A stretch of 52,600 nucleotides of DNA from a virus. Lineage: Duplodnaviria > Caudoviricetes. Below the pieces are notes generated by a model that worked only from the letters and a program-made list of their open reading frames with translations, did not search any database and was not told the DNA's origin. Shown in pieces: positions 35,558-45,087 of the stretch. Numbering within the stretch: position 1 is the stretch's first letter; every line of letters starts with the position of its first letter. The stretch lies in the IMG/VR virus record IMGVR_UViG_3300026279_000223, positions 1-52,600 of that record; one strand, written 5' to 3'. Made by a program: the position numbers and the translations under genes.

Positions 35558-37192
35558 CTATTGACCCTTTCTAGTCGCTGGAAACCACCTGGTACCATAT
35601 TCATCAACGGATTCCTCATCTTCCTCTGGATCGTGAACACCATCGTCTACAAAGCCAAACGGTGCCATGTCTTGCTCTATCAAATTCTTTTGTTCCTCGT
35701 ACATTTTTAAACGAGCATTTGTATTGGTTAACTCTTTAAAATAGGGTTGGTTAGACAGCCATCCGAATATAACTAGACACATCATTAGGTCATCATTTGA
35801 TCCGTCTTCAGCCTGCCAACTTTGACCTCTTTTAGTAAAGGTTGACATCTCCTGTATTATATTGAAATCATTAATTACAATCTTATCTCCTTCAATCAAA
35901 GTCTTTATATTAGAACAACCTACTCTCTTAATCTGTTTTGTCATACGAACACCCATAGATGTACCACGACCACTAAACATCGCACCTAGTATTTGACCAG
36001 CACGACCTTTTTGAGTAGTCATTAATAGATTAGGATATTCAATCTCAAACTGTAAAGCCTCTGCTACTTGTTGACCAATATCATTAACCTCTGTTAATAC
36101 ATGTGCATGGTTATATGCCAAACATACTCTGTTAATTATATTAGGAAAAACAAAAGGTTTAATTTCGTTACTTCTATATTTTGCCACAACCTTATAAGGC
36201 ATACTAGTGACATCAAATACTAAAAAGGCAGAATAATCTTTATCTACACCACGTGATACATCAACTGAACAAACATAAGTATGTCCTTCTATTTTATCTT
36301 CGTATATATCAACACCTTGAGCAGATTTAGTTGGATTAATAATTGGTATTTGTTTAATTTTAGCAGCTGATATTAAAGTATTTACAGAACCTAAAAACTC
36401 ACACTCAAACTCTTGTTGAAATTGTTCCTCACTTGTGTTTCTTATAGTTTGTTCTTTCCATTTTTCATCACGACCTGGTACTTCACTCCAATGTACTTCA
36501 ATAGGCTTATAATCATTTTTTTCATTGATAGCATCCATCCAAATTTTATAGTACATATTCATACCATAAGGTGTAGATACTATAATCATTTTAGTTTTTG
36601 TACCAGCAGATATTGTAGGATAAACTGAACTAAAAAACATTTCGGCAATGTTAGTAGGTACGAAAGCAAACTCATCAAGAAATATTATATTAAAAGAACC
36701 ACCTCTTATAGCACTTGAAGATGTAGCAGCCGCCACAATAACTGATTTATTTTCTAATTCTATATTACCTTTGTTCCAATTAATTACACCTTGTTGTAAC
36801 CACTTTGGTAAATTTTCATATGCTAATTGTACTCTGCCTAAAATATCTCTAGCAGTAGATGACTTATTGGCAAGTATGGCAATATTGCTGTTTGGGTTAA
36901 ATAAAGCATAGTGTAAAAGATATGATACTGTAGTAGTGGATTTACCTGACTGTCTAGGTAGTTTGCAAATTGTAAATCTATTGTCATGTATCGTATTTAC
37001 TATGGTCTTTTGAAAATCATACATCTTAAAAGGTACTAAACCCTCGTCAAGTGATACAATACGGATATAATTTTCCATAAAGTAAATAGGGTCGCCAGCA
37101 CACTTTTGAAATTCTACTATTTGTTCTTTAGTAAACTTAACTGGTGTATTGATCTTTTTTAAATTAGGGTTACCTAAATATGCTTCACTCAT
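35558..37192 (-). CDS. gp17: Terminase large subunit
   Basis: YLGNPNLK, PRQSGKST, FLDEFAF, VDVSRG, NDDLMM. Confidence 0.98.
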   Translation of the reverse strand: MSEAYLGNPNLKKINTPVKFTKEQIVEFQKCAGDPIYFMENYIRIVSLDEGLVPFKMYDFQKTIVNTIHDNRFTICKLPRQSGKSTTTVSYLLHYALFNPNSNIAILANKSSTARDILGRVQLAYENLPKWLQQGVINWNKGNIELENKSVIVAAATSSSAIRGGSFNIIFLDEFAFVPTNIAEMFFSSVYPTISAGTKTKMIIVSTPYGMNMYYKIWMDAINEKNDYKPIEVHWSEVPGRDEKWKEQTIRNTSEEQFQQEFECEFLGSVNTLISAAKIKQIPIINPTKSAQGVDIYEDKIEGHTYVCSVDVSRGVDKDYSAFLVFDVTSMPYKVVAKYRSNEIKPFVFPNIINRVCLAYNHAHVLTEVNDIGQQVAEALQFEIEYPNLLMTTQKGRAGQILGAMFSGRGTSMGVRMTKQIKRVGCSNIKTLIEGDKIVINDFNIIQEMSTFTKRGQSWQAEDGSNDDLMMCLVIFGWLSNQPYFKELTNTNARLKMYEEQKNLIEQDMAPFGFVDDGVHDPEEDEESVDEYGTRWFPATRKGQ

Positions 37193-37195
37193 TTT

Positions 37196-37657
37196 CTACT
37201 CCTTTTTGGGAGTAATATTCTTTTCAATTGTTTCATCTTCTTCTTTTCTATTTAACATCTTTTGTAATTCAGCTGTTGATCCAACAAAAAGAGCATTCTT
37301 AACATTTGTACTTGCAGTCTTTGGTACTTGTTTTAACTCTTTTAATTTCTTTTGTAAGTCTTGTAATTTATCAACTGTAGTACCAACTTGACCTATTAAT
37401 TGTCCTGCAACTTCATATGCTCTAGGGTGTTGGCCTTCTTTTGCTATTTCTAATATACCCTCAATAGCTTCATTACCTTTATCTATTAAATGGAAATAAT
37501 TATCTCTACTGTATTTGTAATCGTTATCTATATCTTCTTTATCTTTGTCTTCAACTCTAGGAACTAGAGGTTTAAATTCTTTTTTTTCTACTACAGCAGT
37601 TTCAGGTGTAGTATCAATACCTAAAATTTCATTTACTTTGTCGTCTAATTTGCTCAT
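37196..37657 (-). CDS. gp16: Terminase small subunit
   Basis: DYKYSR, HPRAYEVAGQLI, NALFVGSTAELQK. Confidence 0.95.
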   Translation of the reverse strand: MSKLDDKVNEILGIDTTPETAVVEKKEFKPLVPRVEDKDKEDIDNDYKYSRDNYFHLIDKGNEAIEGILEIAKEGQHPRAYEVAGQLIGQVGTTVDKLQDLQKKLKELKQVPKTASTNVKNALFVGSTAELQKMLNRKEEDETIEKNITPKKE

Positions 37658-37662
37658 AATAT

Positions 37663-38607
37663 TTACTCATCACTTCCTGTCTTTGGATTATATGTTTTAC
37701 CATCTGTAAAGTTTTCTATTGTTGTTGTAAATCCGAAATCATCGTTAACATCAGCTGATACTGGATCAGGTATAACTGTTATTCTATCTTCTCTCACAGC
37801 TGTATTACCTATATCTGTATATAAATCTGATTGTACTTTTTTAATAACACCTTGATTAACTGTTGGTCCAAACAAGTATGTTTTCGCCGTAAAATTCATT
37901 GAATATATTACTGCTCTTCTATTTGTAAATCCACCATCATAACTATCTTCATAATTTACACTATTAAGAATAATAGGTACGTCTCTTTTTATTTTCATTT
38001 CAGGCATAACATTTACTGTTACCGTATAGTCTGGTTGAAAGAAAGGTAATATTTGTTCTACTATCTGTAAACCATTTTCAGCAGTTGCTGTAAAAGCATA
38101 AACATTTAAACTTATGTTATATGGTACAGGTGTATAATTAAAACTTTGTTTTTTAGAATCTGCAAAGTCGGTTGGCGATGTTTCTAATAATGGATATTCC
38201 GCATATCCTGTAGTAGTGTTTGCTTGTTCAAATTGAATATAACCACTGTCATCTTCCATCGGTACTCTATGCATTTTAGCAGCCGATTGATCTCTTGTCA
38301 ATGGTGTTTTTTCTGTTCTATATTTTTGAACCCTTGTTAATTTTCTACTAGGGTCATATGATAGTCCTGATATTTCAAAACCTATTCTAGGCAAAGTTAA
38401 TGCCATTGATCTATCATCTAAATCAGCTTGTTGATCTAAACGAACTAAAAACTTTTCTTTAGGAGCATATGCTAAAGGAACTTTTATTCTTTTTAAAACA
38501 GCACCAGTTTCATTATTCTTACTTTCAATTACTATATTATTAAATAATTGTCCGAAAGCAATAATAATCTTTCTTAATCCTTCATTGTAAAACGGTGTTC
38601 CAAACAT
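37663..38607 (-). CDS. gp15: Tail terminator / sheath stabiliser with an internal insertion
   Basis: FGQLFNNI, VPLAYAPKEKF, LPRIGFE, QIVEQILPFFQP. Confidence 0.95.
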   Translation of the reverse strand: MFGTPFYNEGLRKIIIAFGQLFNNIVIESKNNETGAVLKRIKVPLAYAPKEKFLVRLDQQADLDDRSMALTLPRIGFEISGLSYDPSRKLTRVQKYRTEKTPLTRDQSAAKMHRVPMEDDSGYIQFEQANTTTGYAEYPLLETSPTDFADSKKQSFNYTPVPYNISLNVYAFTATAENGLQIVEQILPFFQPDYTVTVNVMPEMKIKRDVPIILNSVNYEDSYDGGFTNRRAVIYSMNFTAKTYLFGPTVNQGVIKKVQSDLYTDIGNTAVREDRITVIPDPVSADVNDDFGFTTTIENFTDGKTYNPKTGSDE

Positions 38608-38786
38608 TATTGTCCTTTATCGGCTATTTTGCCTTTGTTAATTCCTTCTTTAATTACATATTTTTGTGTGCCATTAGCACCAACATTAACTTCCTTTTTT
38701 AAATTTTTAGATAACTCTAAAGTTTTTTTTTCTTTCATACTCTTTTGATGGAAGTCATGTAATTGTCTATGTCTATCTCTTTCCAT
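38607..38786 (-). CDS. Small basic protein, 59 aa (MERDRHRQLHDFHQKSMKEKK...GKIADKGQ); not in ORF track
   Basis: Open frame with TAATG overlaps to both gp14 and gp15. Confidence 0.75.
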   Translation of the reverse strand: MERDRHRQLHDFHQKSMKEKKTLELSKNLKKEVNVGANGTQKYVIKEGINKGKIADKGQ

Positions 38787-39592
38787 TAAATATCTACCTC
38801 ACCAAATGGGTTTCTTTCTGTAAAGTCTAACACATCATCGGTCACTGTCTCTGTATCAAAACCAGCCGCTGTATCTAAATCTAAATTTTGTGCATAGTCT
38901 GATTGTGTTTGTACAGTATTTTTTGTTGCGTCATAAGCTTCGTTCAATAAGAAGTTAGCATTTCCAGAAGATACATCATCTTGTTCTAATTGTATTGTAC
39001 CTTTTTCATTTTCTAAACGTACTCTGTCTACCAATAGATTAACTGAATGTTCTCTTTCTCTTTTATCAATGTCTTGTACTCCAACATCAAGCTCTTCGTT
39101 TGAATATTCCCAACGTGTAACTCTTAATTTGTAAACAGGTAAATTTCCTAATTGAAAGAATGGCTCTTGATCTTCAACAAATTGAATTTCAAAGAAACTG
39201 TTCATCAAAGGAAAGAATAAAATATCTCCTTCGTTAGGTCTTCCTGGTACTGTTAATTGGAGTTTGGTATCTATCTTATTATGGAATCTTCTTTTAGAAA
39301 CAACAAGTGTTGTGTCTTCTCTTATTTCTAATCCAAATTTATTAATTAATTCTTGTTGACCTGCAAATCCTTCAGTAGTTTCAAAATACATTTCAATAGG
39401 TAAAGCATTTTTAAATTTACTATTAACATCTTCACCTAAAACTAAATCTCTATTTACAACACTTCTTGGCATATAGTAGATTAAGTTACCATAGATTTTT
39501 AATCCTTCTATGATTAAATCTTCATATAGCCATTTCTCGGATGCATTTCCGATGCCATCTCCGTGCTGAAAGTATGGATTCATTACTACCAT
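38786..39592 (-). CDS. gp14: Neck protein
   Basis: IEGLKIYG, YYMPR, KFGLEIRE, RPNEGD, PFFQLG, FTERNPFG. Confidence 0.95.
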   Translation of the reverse strand: MVVMNPYFQHGDGIGNASEKWLYEDLIIEGLKIYGNLIYYMPRSVVNRDLVLGEDVNSKFKNALPIEMYFETTEGFAGQQELINKFGLEIREDTTLVVSKRRFHNKIDTKLQLTVPGRPNEGDILFFPLMNSFFEIQFVEDQEPFFQLGNLPVYKLRVTRWEYSNEELDVGVQDIDKREREHSVNLLVDRVRLENEKGTIQLEQDDVSSGNANFLLNEAYDATKNTVQTQSDYAQNLDLDTAAGFDTETVTDDVLDFTERNPFGEVDI

Positions 39593-39598
39593 AGTTAT

Positions 39599-40411
39599 TT
39601 ACCCTATCAGAAAGTTATGAGGCTCTTCAAACGTTGTACGTATTTCTGTTTCTAATTTTTCTATGTCTTGTAGTGACTCGGAGAAAATTTGGCCTCCGTT
39701 AAGAGTGACACCACCAACCATAGCAACGCCATTAAATTTAGATAGGTTCGCTCCCCATTGTTTTTTGAATAATGCTACAACATATCTTTTTAACCATTGA
39801 TCGTTGTATATATCAGTATTGGTTGCTGGGTCTAGTTTTCTAAAACAATCTATAACTAGATACTCACCAACTTTTAAATCTTCTTTCCAGTCCATATCAA
39901 TAAACAATTTATTATCGTTTTGATTAAATCTTAAAGGTTTTTCACCTACTAATATGTGATCTAGAAAATCTAAATGTCTTAATACAATATCGTAATTAAC
40001 TACCGATGTTGAAGAAAAATCATATAGATCATTTAATCTCATTTGATATCTTACGTCAAATAAGTTTAAACTTCCTTTACTTGAAAAAGGAAATATGTTT
40101 GTAACAGAAACAATAGTTTCAGGAACAACTATAAAATTTTGGTTTTCTTTCCAAGTATTTGTAACAGAATTTTTAGTTATTGATTCTGAAACATCTCCAT
40201 TAGTCACAATTCTATCGTAATCTGTTTGTGTGTATTCGTATTTTAAATAACATCTTCTTATTGCATTCATATGAAATTGAGCATAGTATTGCATAGCTTC
40301 ATCTAGTCTATCCTCTAATTGATCATTGTCAACGTTAATTTCTATAACAGGTTGACCTAATGCTCTTAAAGCGTATTCTTTTAAAGTTTCTCTTGTTGTT
40401 GGTGTTGCCAT
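39599..40411 (-). CDS. gp13: Neck protein
   Basis: LRALGQPVIEINV, QLEDRLDEA, KKQWGANLSKF, GGVTLNG. Confidence 0.95.
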   Translation of the reverse strand: MATPTTRETLKEYALRALGQPVIEINVDNDQLEDRLDEAMQYYAQFHMNAIRRCYLKYEYTQTDYDRIVTNGDVSESITKNSVTNTWKENQNFIVVPETIVSVTNIFPFSSKGSLNLFDVRYQMRLNDLYDFSSTSVVNYDIVLRHLDFLDHILVGEKPLRFNQNDNKLFIDMDWKEDLKVGEYLVIDCFRKLDPATNTDIYNDQWLKRYVVALFKKQWGANLSKFNGVAMVGGVTLNGGQIFSESLQDIEKLETEIRTTFEEPHNFLIG

Positions 40412-40430
40412 AATTCTATTTATCCCTTAA

Positions 40431-41306
40431 TTAACTTGTTGTTCCGTACATAGTTTTTAATACGTTACCACTTGAATCTTTAATTTGTATATTTGTTGTG
40501 TTATTAACTGTACTTAAAGTTATGTCACCAGCTACATCTAAACTAGTACCATTAATCAACATCAATTTGTCTGATTTCCATCTTGCTGAAATATTATTAG
40601 CGCCGGCCTTCTTATGTGTGATTTCTATGATACCATCTTCATCACCATCGGTAGCGTCATCTATTTTAGCTGTAATTTTAGCATATATTACTTCTTGATC
40701 GGCGTCATTTTCGCCTTTGAATTTTATTTGTCCTAGATAATCTGCGTCATCAGGACTTGAGCTGTTTCTTTTTAATGTTATAACAGGACCAGCTGTACTT
40801 GAATCTTCCGTTGATGTTAATAATAATGAGTCATCTGAAATTGTATTATTAACAATCTCCATCATTCCAGCAGGAGCATTTGTACCAATACCAATTCTAC
40901 CAGTTGGTCTTACATTAAATTTTTCCGATCCACTTATAAAAACTCTTAAACTACCACCAGTATCAGCAGCATTTGGATCCAATTTTATTTGAAAATCAGC
41001 AGCTGCACCACACAAATCAGTTATTAAATCTGAACCATCGGTATCGTTTATTCTAATTTTAGGTATAGCAGCTTTAACTTCTAAAGTTGTTGATGGACTT
41101 GTTTGATTAATACCTACTCTATTGTTTGTTGTATCTATAGTCAAAGGCGCAACAATACCTGTTGAACCAGTATAACCTTGTGAACCTGTAAAACCACCTG
41201 TTAATGGTTGTAAAGCCCATGCGTCCCCATTCCATTTCCATGTACGTACACCTAGATTGTAGGTATCATTGAGCGATGGACCACTCGGAAAATTTATCGT
41301 TGGCAT
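40431..41306 (-). CDS. Fibre-like virion protein
   Basis: INFPSGP...WKWNG N-terminal module, short GXY stretch, NRVGINQTSP and GRIGIGTNAP fibre repeats. Confidence 0.75.
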   Translation of the reverse strand: MPTINFPSGPSLNDTYNLGVRTWKWNGDAWALQPLTGGFTGSQGYTGSTGIVAPLTIDTTNNRVGINQTSPSTTLEVKAAIPKIRINDTDGSDLITDLCGAAADFQIKLDPNAADTGGSLRVFISGSEKFNVRPTGRIGIGTNAPAGMMEIVNNTISDDSLLLTSTEDSSTAGPVITLKRNSSSPDDADYLGQIKFKGENDADQEVIYAKITAKIDDATDGDEDGIIEITHKKAGANNISARWKSDKLMLINGTSLDVAGDITLSTVNNTTNIQIKDSSGNVLKTMYGTTS

Positions 41307-41341
41307 ATTATAATTCTATCCTTTTAAGTTTCTCTTCCACA

Positions 41342-41358
41342 TATTTATAATATTTATA
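41342..41358 (-). promoter_or_regulatory. Tandem T4 late promoters
   Basis: TATAAATA at 41342-41349 and 41351-41358. Confidence 0.75.
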
Positions 41359-41385
41359 CTGACTTTAGGATAGCTATTTTCCAAT

Positions 41386-41418
41386 AAAAAACCCCCGAAG
41401 CCGAAGCGCCGGGGGTTT
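41386..41418 (-). terminator. Intrinsic terminator
   Basis: AAACCCCCG...GC-TTCG-GC...CGGGGGTTTTTT. Confidence 0.88.
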
Positions 41419-41446
41419 AATTTTACCTGTTTATTACTAGTGATTA

Positions 41447-42376
41447 TTAAGCTTTAACAATCTTTAGAGTGTGAGTTGCAGCTGTCGTTACCGAACCTGC
41501 TGGAAACTCTTGTGCTCTGTAATCATCACCAACTTGTCTAGTTTGGTAATTAGTGCCATCAAGTATAGTGTTAGCCATACCTGAGCCTCTAGTTGTACCA
41601 GAACCATTAAAGTTATATCTAATAGTATATCCGTCACTTGAAGCACTTGCAGTCTGTCTGATCCACTCTTGACACAAAGTATCAAAAGAAGCACCAGTTT
41701 GTTGTAAGTGATTTGATCCGTCTATATTTAATAGATTATCGTATGATGAAGTAGCGCCGTCTACTCTGTGTAGATAGTAGCTAGTAATCGTAGTTGGGTT
41801 ATCTTGTGCATGGTCACCGATTGATCCAGCAGCCCAAGCGCCAGTGTTGGCACGTGTGTCTACAAAGATCGGAGTTGATGAACCACTAACTTCAGTAGCA
41901 CCACTTTCAGACGCATTAGAAGATACAAAATATGTACCACCTTGTTGCGTTGTAGTTGTACTTGCTGTAAGTAAATCAATTGCTGGATGTAAGAACGTAT
42001 CCTTAATGTCAGCAATAGGCATTGCCTGGACTTCACCACCACTTGTGTAGTAAACTGGCCATGTCGTGCCTGTATCAGATGTCGGCGAAACCGAAGCAAC
42101 TGATTGAGTTACTTTATCATAGTTTGTTGTAACCGTTTGTGGGTCTTGCGTAGTACCTTGACCAGGAAAAGAAGAGGAACTATTAGAAATAGAACCTGCT
42201 TGTAATCTTGTATCAGATATAGCGCCAAGTGATCCACCTGATCCTACAACTGTTAATGTAACAGACGGCGATTGAGAATATTGATAAACAATATTATCAA
42301 CAACTGCGTCTATCTGAGCTGAAGTCATTTCCACTAAATTACCCGAACTGTATACTAAAGGGTTTCGTGTAGCCAT
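41447..42376 (-). CDS. Ser/Thr-rich putative virion structural protein
   Basis: 309 aa, AGGAG SD, last gene of a late operon. Confidence 0.75.
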   Translation of the reverse strand: MATRNPLVYSSGNLVEMTSAQIDAVVDNIVYQYSQSPSVTLTVVGSGGSLGAISDTRLQAGSISNSSSSFPGQGTTQDPQTVTTNYDKVTQSVASVSPTSDTGTTWPVYYTSGGEVQAMPIADIKDTFLHPAIDLLTASTTTTQQGGTYFVSSNASESGATEVSGSSTPIFVDTRANTGAWAAGSIGDHAQDNPTTITSYYLHRVDGATSSYDNLLNIDGSNHLQQTGASFDTLCQEWIRQTASASSDGYTIRYNFNGSGTTRGSGMANTILDGTNYQTRQVGDDYRAQEFPAGSVTTAATHTLKIVKA

Positions 42377-42407
42377 TATATTTTTCTCCTTTTTATTGCT
42401 CTACTTC

Positions 42408-43304
42408 TTACGAAGCGTTACCTATGATTGTTTTTAATGTAGTACCACCACTGTTTTTAATCAGTAATGTAACCGCTGAACTGAAATTACTTGAATCAAT
42501 TGTGTCAACTTGAGCACCTTTTGATCCTGTAAATCCAACAACACCTTGGTTTGATAATTCAACCCACTGTACACTATTACCATCGTTGTAGTAAAAGTAT
42601 TGTACGCCAGTTGCGTTGTCTACCCAAATGTCTCCTTCTCCTACGCCAGATGTTGGCGGTGAAGCAGCTGTTGTAATATCAAGATTACCTTCAGATCCAG
42701 TGTAACCAATGTCACCTTTTGATCCTGTGTAACCAATGTCCCCTTTAGAACCTGTGAAACCTTTTGATCCAGTGTAACCAATGTCACCTTTTGATCCAGT
42801 GTAACCAATGTCCCCTTTAGAACCTGTGAACCCTTTAGAACCAGTGAAACCAATGTCTCCTTTTGATCCTGTGAATCCAATATCACCTTTTGAACCAGTG
42901 AAACCAACATCCCCTTTAGAACCAGTGAAACCAATTGTACCAGAAAGGTCAGATACGAATGAGTATGCTGAACCGTTCCATAGGTATAATCTAGAGTTTT
43001 CTGCGTCTGTTAGAGAGCCGTTTTCAATGATAGCAAATTCACCTGTAGCTATGCCACTTGGTGATGTATCTGCTGATAAGTTAGCGACACTAGTATAAGT
43101 CTTCGCAATGTTGAAGCCTAAACCAGTAGCACCTTTAGAACCTGTATACCCGATATCACCTTTAGAACCAGTATAACCGATTGATCCAGTGAAACCTGCT
43201 GTAAGAGGCTGTAGCGCCCAACCATTACCGTTCCATTTCCACTGACGTGTGCCTAGTGTGTATAGATCGTTTAATGAGGGCGACGATGGAAAGTTTATTG
43301 CCAT
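42408..43304 (-). CDS. Collagen-like fibre protein
   Basis: Repeated G[FY]T-GSK-GD[IV] triplets; modules shared with neighbouring fibre genes. Confidence 0.85.
   Translation of the reverse strand: MAINFPSSPSLNDLYTLGTRQWKWNGNGWALQPLTAGFTGSIGYTGSKGDIGYTGSKGATGLGFNIAKTYTSVANLSADTSPSGIATGEFAIIENGSLTDAENSRLYLWNGSAYSFVSDLSGTIGFTGSKGDVGFTGSKGDIGFTGSKGDIGFTGSKGFTGSKGDIGYTGSKGDIGYTGSKGFTGSKGDIGYTGSKGDIGYTGSEGNLDITTAASPPTSGVGEGDIWVDNATGVQYFYYNDGNSVQWVELSNQGVVGFTGSKGAQVDTIDSSNFSSAVTLLIKNSGGTTLKTIIGNAS
42694..42837. repeat. 72-bp near-perfect tandem duplication inside 27/18-bp collagen-coding repeats
   Basis: 42694-42765 versus 42766-42837, about 3 mismatches. Confidence 0.85.
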
Positions 43305-43400
43305 TTTATTTGTCTCCTAATTTATTGTTTTTTTTAATTAAAAAATTCAATATCCCTACATAATTTAATCTTGCAAGAAAATTTTAACGTTTTCTGCTTC

Positions 43401-43408
43401 TATTTATA
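43401..43408 (-). promoter_or_regulatory. T4 late promoter
   Basis: TATAAATA upstream of ORF 42408..43304. Confidence 0.75.
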
Positions 43409-43457
43409 ATATATAAACACTACAAAACACTTTGTTTTCTAGTATTTTTCAATTTTA

Positions 43458-45086
43458 TTAAGCGCCAATGGTACCACCGTTTAGGCACCACCCTTGACCA
43501 TCCCATATACAAGAGAAAGTATTGGCAAAAACGCCACCAGTTGTATCTAATCTCCAGTTATGTGATGTCCTTAATTCTGTTGCACCAGTACCAATTATAA
43601 CAACTTTTGCATTAGCGACAGTAATGTCACTATAAGTTGATGTTGTTATGCCTGATTTATAGAACAATAACTCTTGTCCTATATAAGTGCCGTCTGCAAG
43701 TGTATAGTTTATACCTGCTGTAATAAAGTGATTACGTTTTGTTATATCTAAAGCACCTGTGTTATCTTTAGTTTCGTATTCACTTGTTGTTATATGAGAG
43801 CCTGCTATTGTTAGTTTATCATTTGTAAGTCCGATACTTACTTCATTTGCTCCCATTTTTAAACTGTTATCGCTTAAGAATAAGTGTCTAACTTTTCTAT
43901 CAGCACTACCTATGTCATATGTTTCATGTGCTACAGGTAATAAATGTCCACTGTTTGTAATATCCCAACGATCCGTTCCTTCCGTTCTAAATGTGACTTC
44001 GCCATCTGTACCTGTGTCTGCTACTGATACTGAACTATTGCCGGCAGTTATAGAACTTCCACCTGAACCAGCAGAACCAGTAAAACCAACTGTACCAGTT
44101 GAGCCTGTAAATCCTACTATACCACTATTTGCTAATTCTACCCATTGATTACTATTGCCGTCATTCATGTAGAAGTATTGAATACCTGTTGCGTCATCAA
44201 TCCAAACGTCACCAATACCTGCTGAACCTGGAGGTGTTGAAGCAACTGCTACATCTAAATTTCCTTCCGAACCTGTATAACCAATTATACCTTGATCGCC
44301 TTTTGATCCTGAATAACCAATTGATCCTGTATATCCTAAATCTCCTTTTGATCCAACATATCCAACGGCGCCAGCTGTACCTGCTGTACCTTTTGATCCT
44401 GTGAAACCTACACTACCAATATCTCCTTTTGATCCTGAATAACCTATAGGTCCTTCGCCACCATCTGAACCTTTTGATCCTGTGAAACCTACACTACCAA
44501 TATCTCCTTTTGATCCTGTAAAACCAACTGTACCGGCAGCTCCACTATCTCCTTTTGATCCTGTATAACCTAAATCTCCTTTTGATCCTGAATAACCTAT
44601 AGCACCATCGTCACCAATTGATCCTGTATAACCTTTATCTCCTTGGTCACCTTTTGATCCTGAATATCCTACATCGCCTTTTGATCCTGAATAACCAATA
44701 GCACCTACTGATCCTGTAAAACCAATGGCACCTGCTGAACCAGTATAACCTGCTCCACCACCTGAACTGAATAATGACCAATTAGCCTCAGCATTAGGAA
44801 CTGCACCTGTAATATTACTTCTTACTTCACTACCTTGAAGTTTGTAAGTATAATATTTGTCACCTGTTCTTGTATATGAACCAGCAGTATATGTGTTCTT
44901 AACATATACTAACATACCCTCCTGGATTCTTGCACCTGGAATATCTGTTAATCTATCGCTGGCGTCACCAGAAATACTTTGAAGTGTACCTCTAACTTCC
45001 GTATCTAAAACGATAGGCGAGTTAGTGCCGGTACTCCATGTACCTGGCCAGACGTTTCGGGTTAAACCATCGTAGTTGCTAGCCAT
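43458..45086 (-). CDS. Collagen-like fibre protein with globular ends
   Basis: About 160-aa GXY region built on G[FY][ST]GSKGD; GHLLP...TYDIGS...RHLFLS fibre motif. Confidence 0.85.
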   Translation of the reverse strand: MASNYDGLTRNVWPGTWSTGTNSPIVLDTEVRGTLQSISGDASDRLTDIPGARIQEGMLVYVKNTYTAGSYTRTGDKYYTYKLQGSEVRSNITGAVPNAEANWSLFSSGGGAGYTGSAGAIGFTGSVGAIGYSGSKGDVGYSGSKGDQGDKGYTGSIGDDGAIGYSGSKGDLGYTGSKGDSGAAGTVGFTGSKGDIGSVGFTGSKGSDGGEGPIGYSGSKGDIGSVGFTGSKGTAGTAGAVGYVGSKGDLGYTGSIGYSGSKGDQGIIGYTGSEGNLDVAVASTPPGSAGIGDVWIDDATGIQYFYMNDGNSNQWVELANSGIVGFTGSTGTVGFTGSAGSGGSSITAGNSSVSVADTGTDGEVTFRTEGTDRWDITNSGHLLPVAHETYDIGSADRKVRHLFLSDNSLKMGANEVSIGLTNDKLTIAGSHITTSEYETKDNTGALDITKRNHFITAGINYTLADGTYIGQELLFYKSGITTSTYSDITVANAKVVIIGTGATELRTSHNWRLDTTGGVFANTFSCIWDGQGWCLNGGTIGA

Positions 45087-45087
45087 A

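Noticed and set aside
516-37192. Introns or inteins in gp43, gp46, uvsW, gp20 or gp17
   Set aside because: All are of ordinary length and uninterrupted, with no splice-junction motifs seen
1129-37391. Short plus-strand or nested ORFs in the track (e.g. 1129..1320, 12317..12616, 16834..17151, 33563..34132, 37149..37391)
   Set aside because: Antisense shadows of well-supported core genes, without SDs or recognisable motifs
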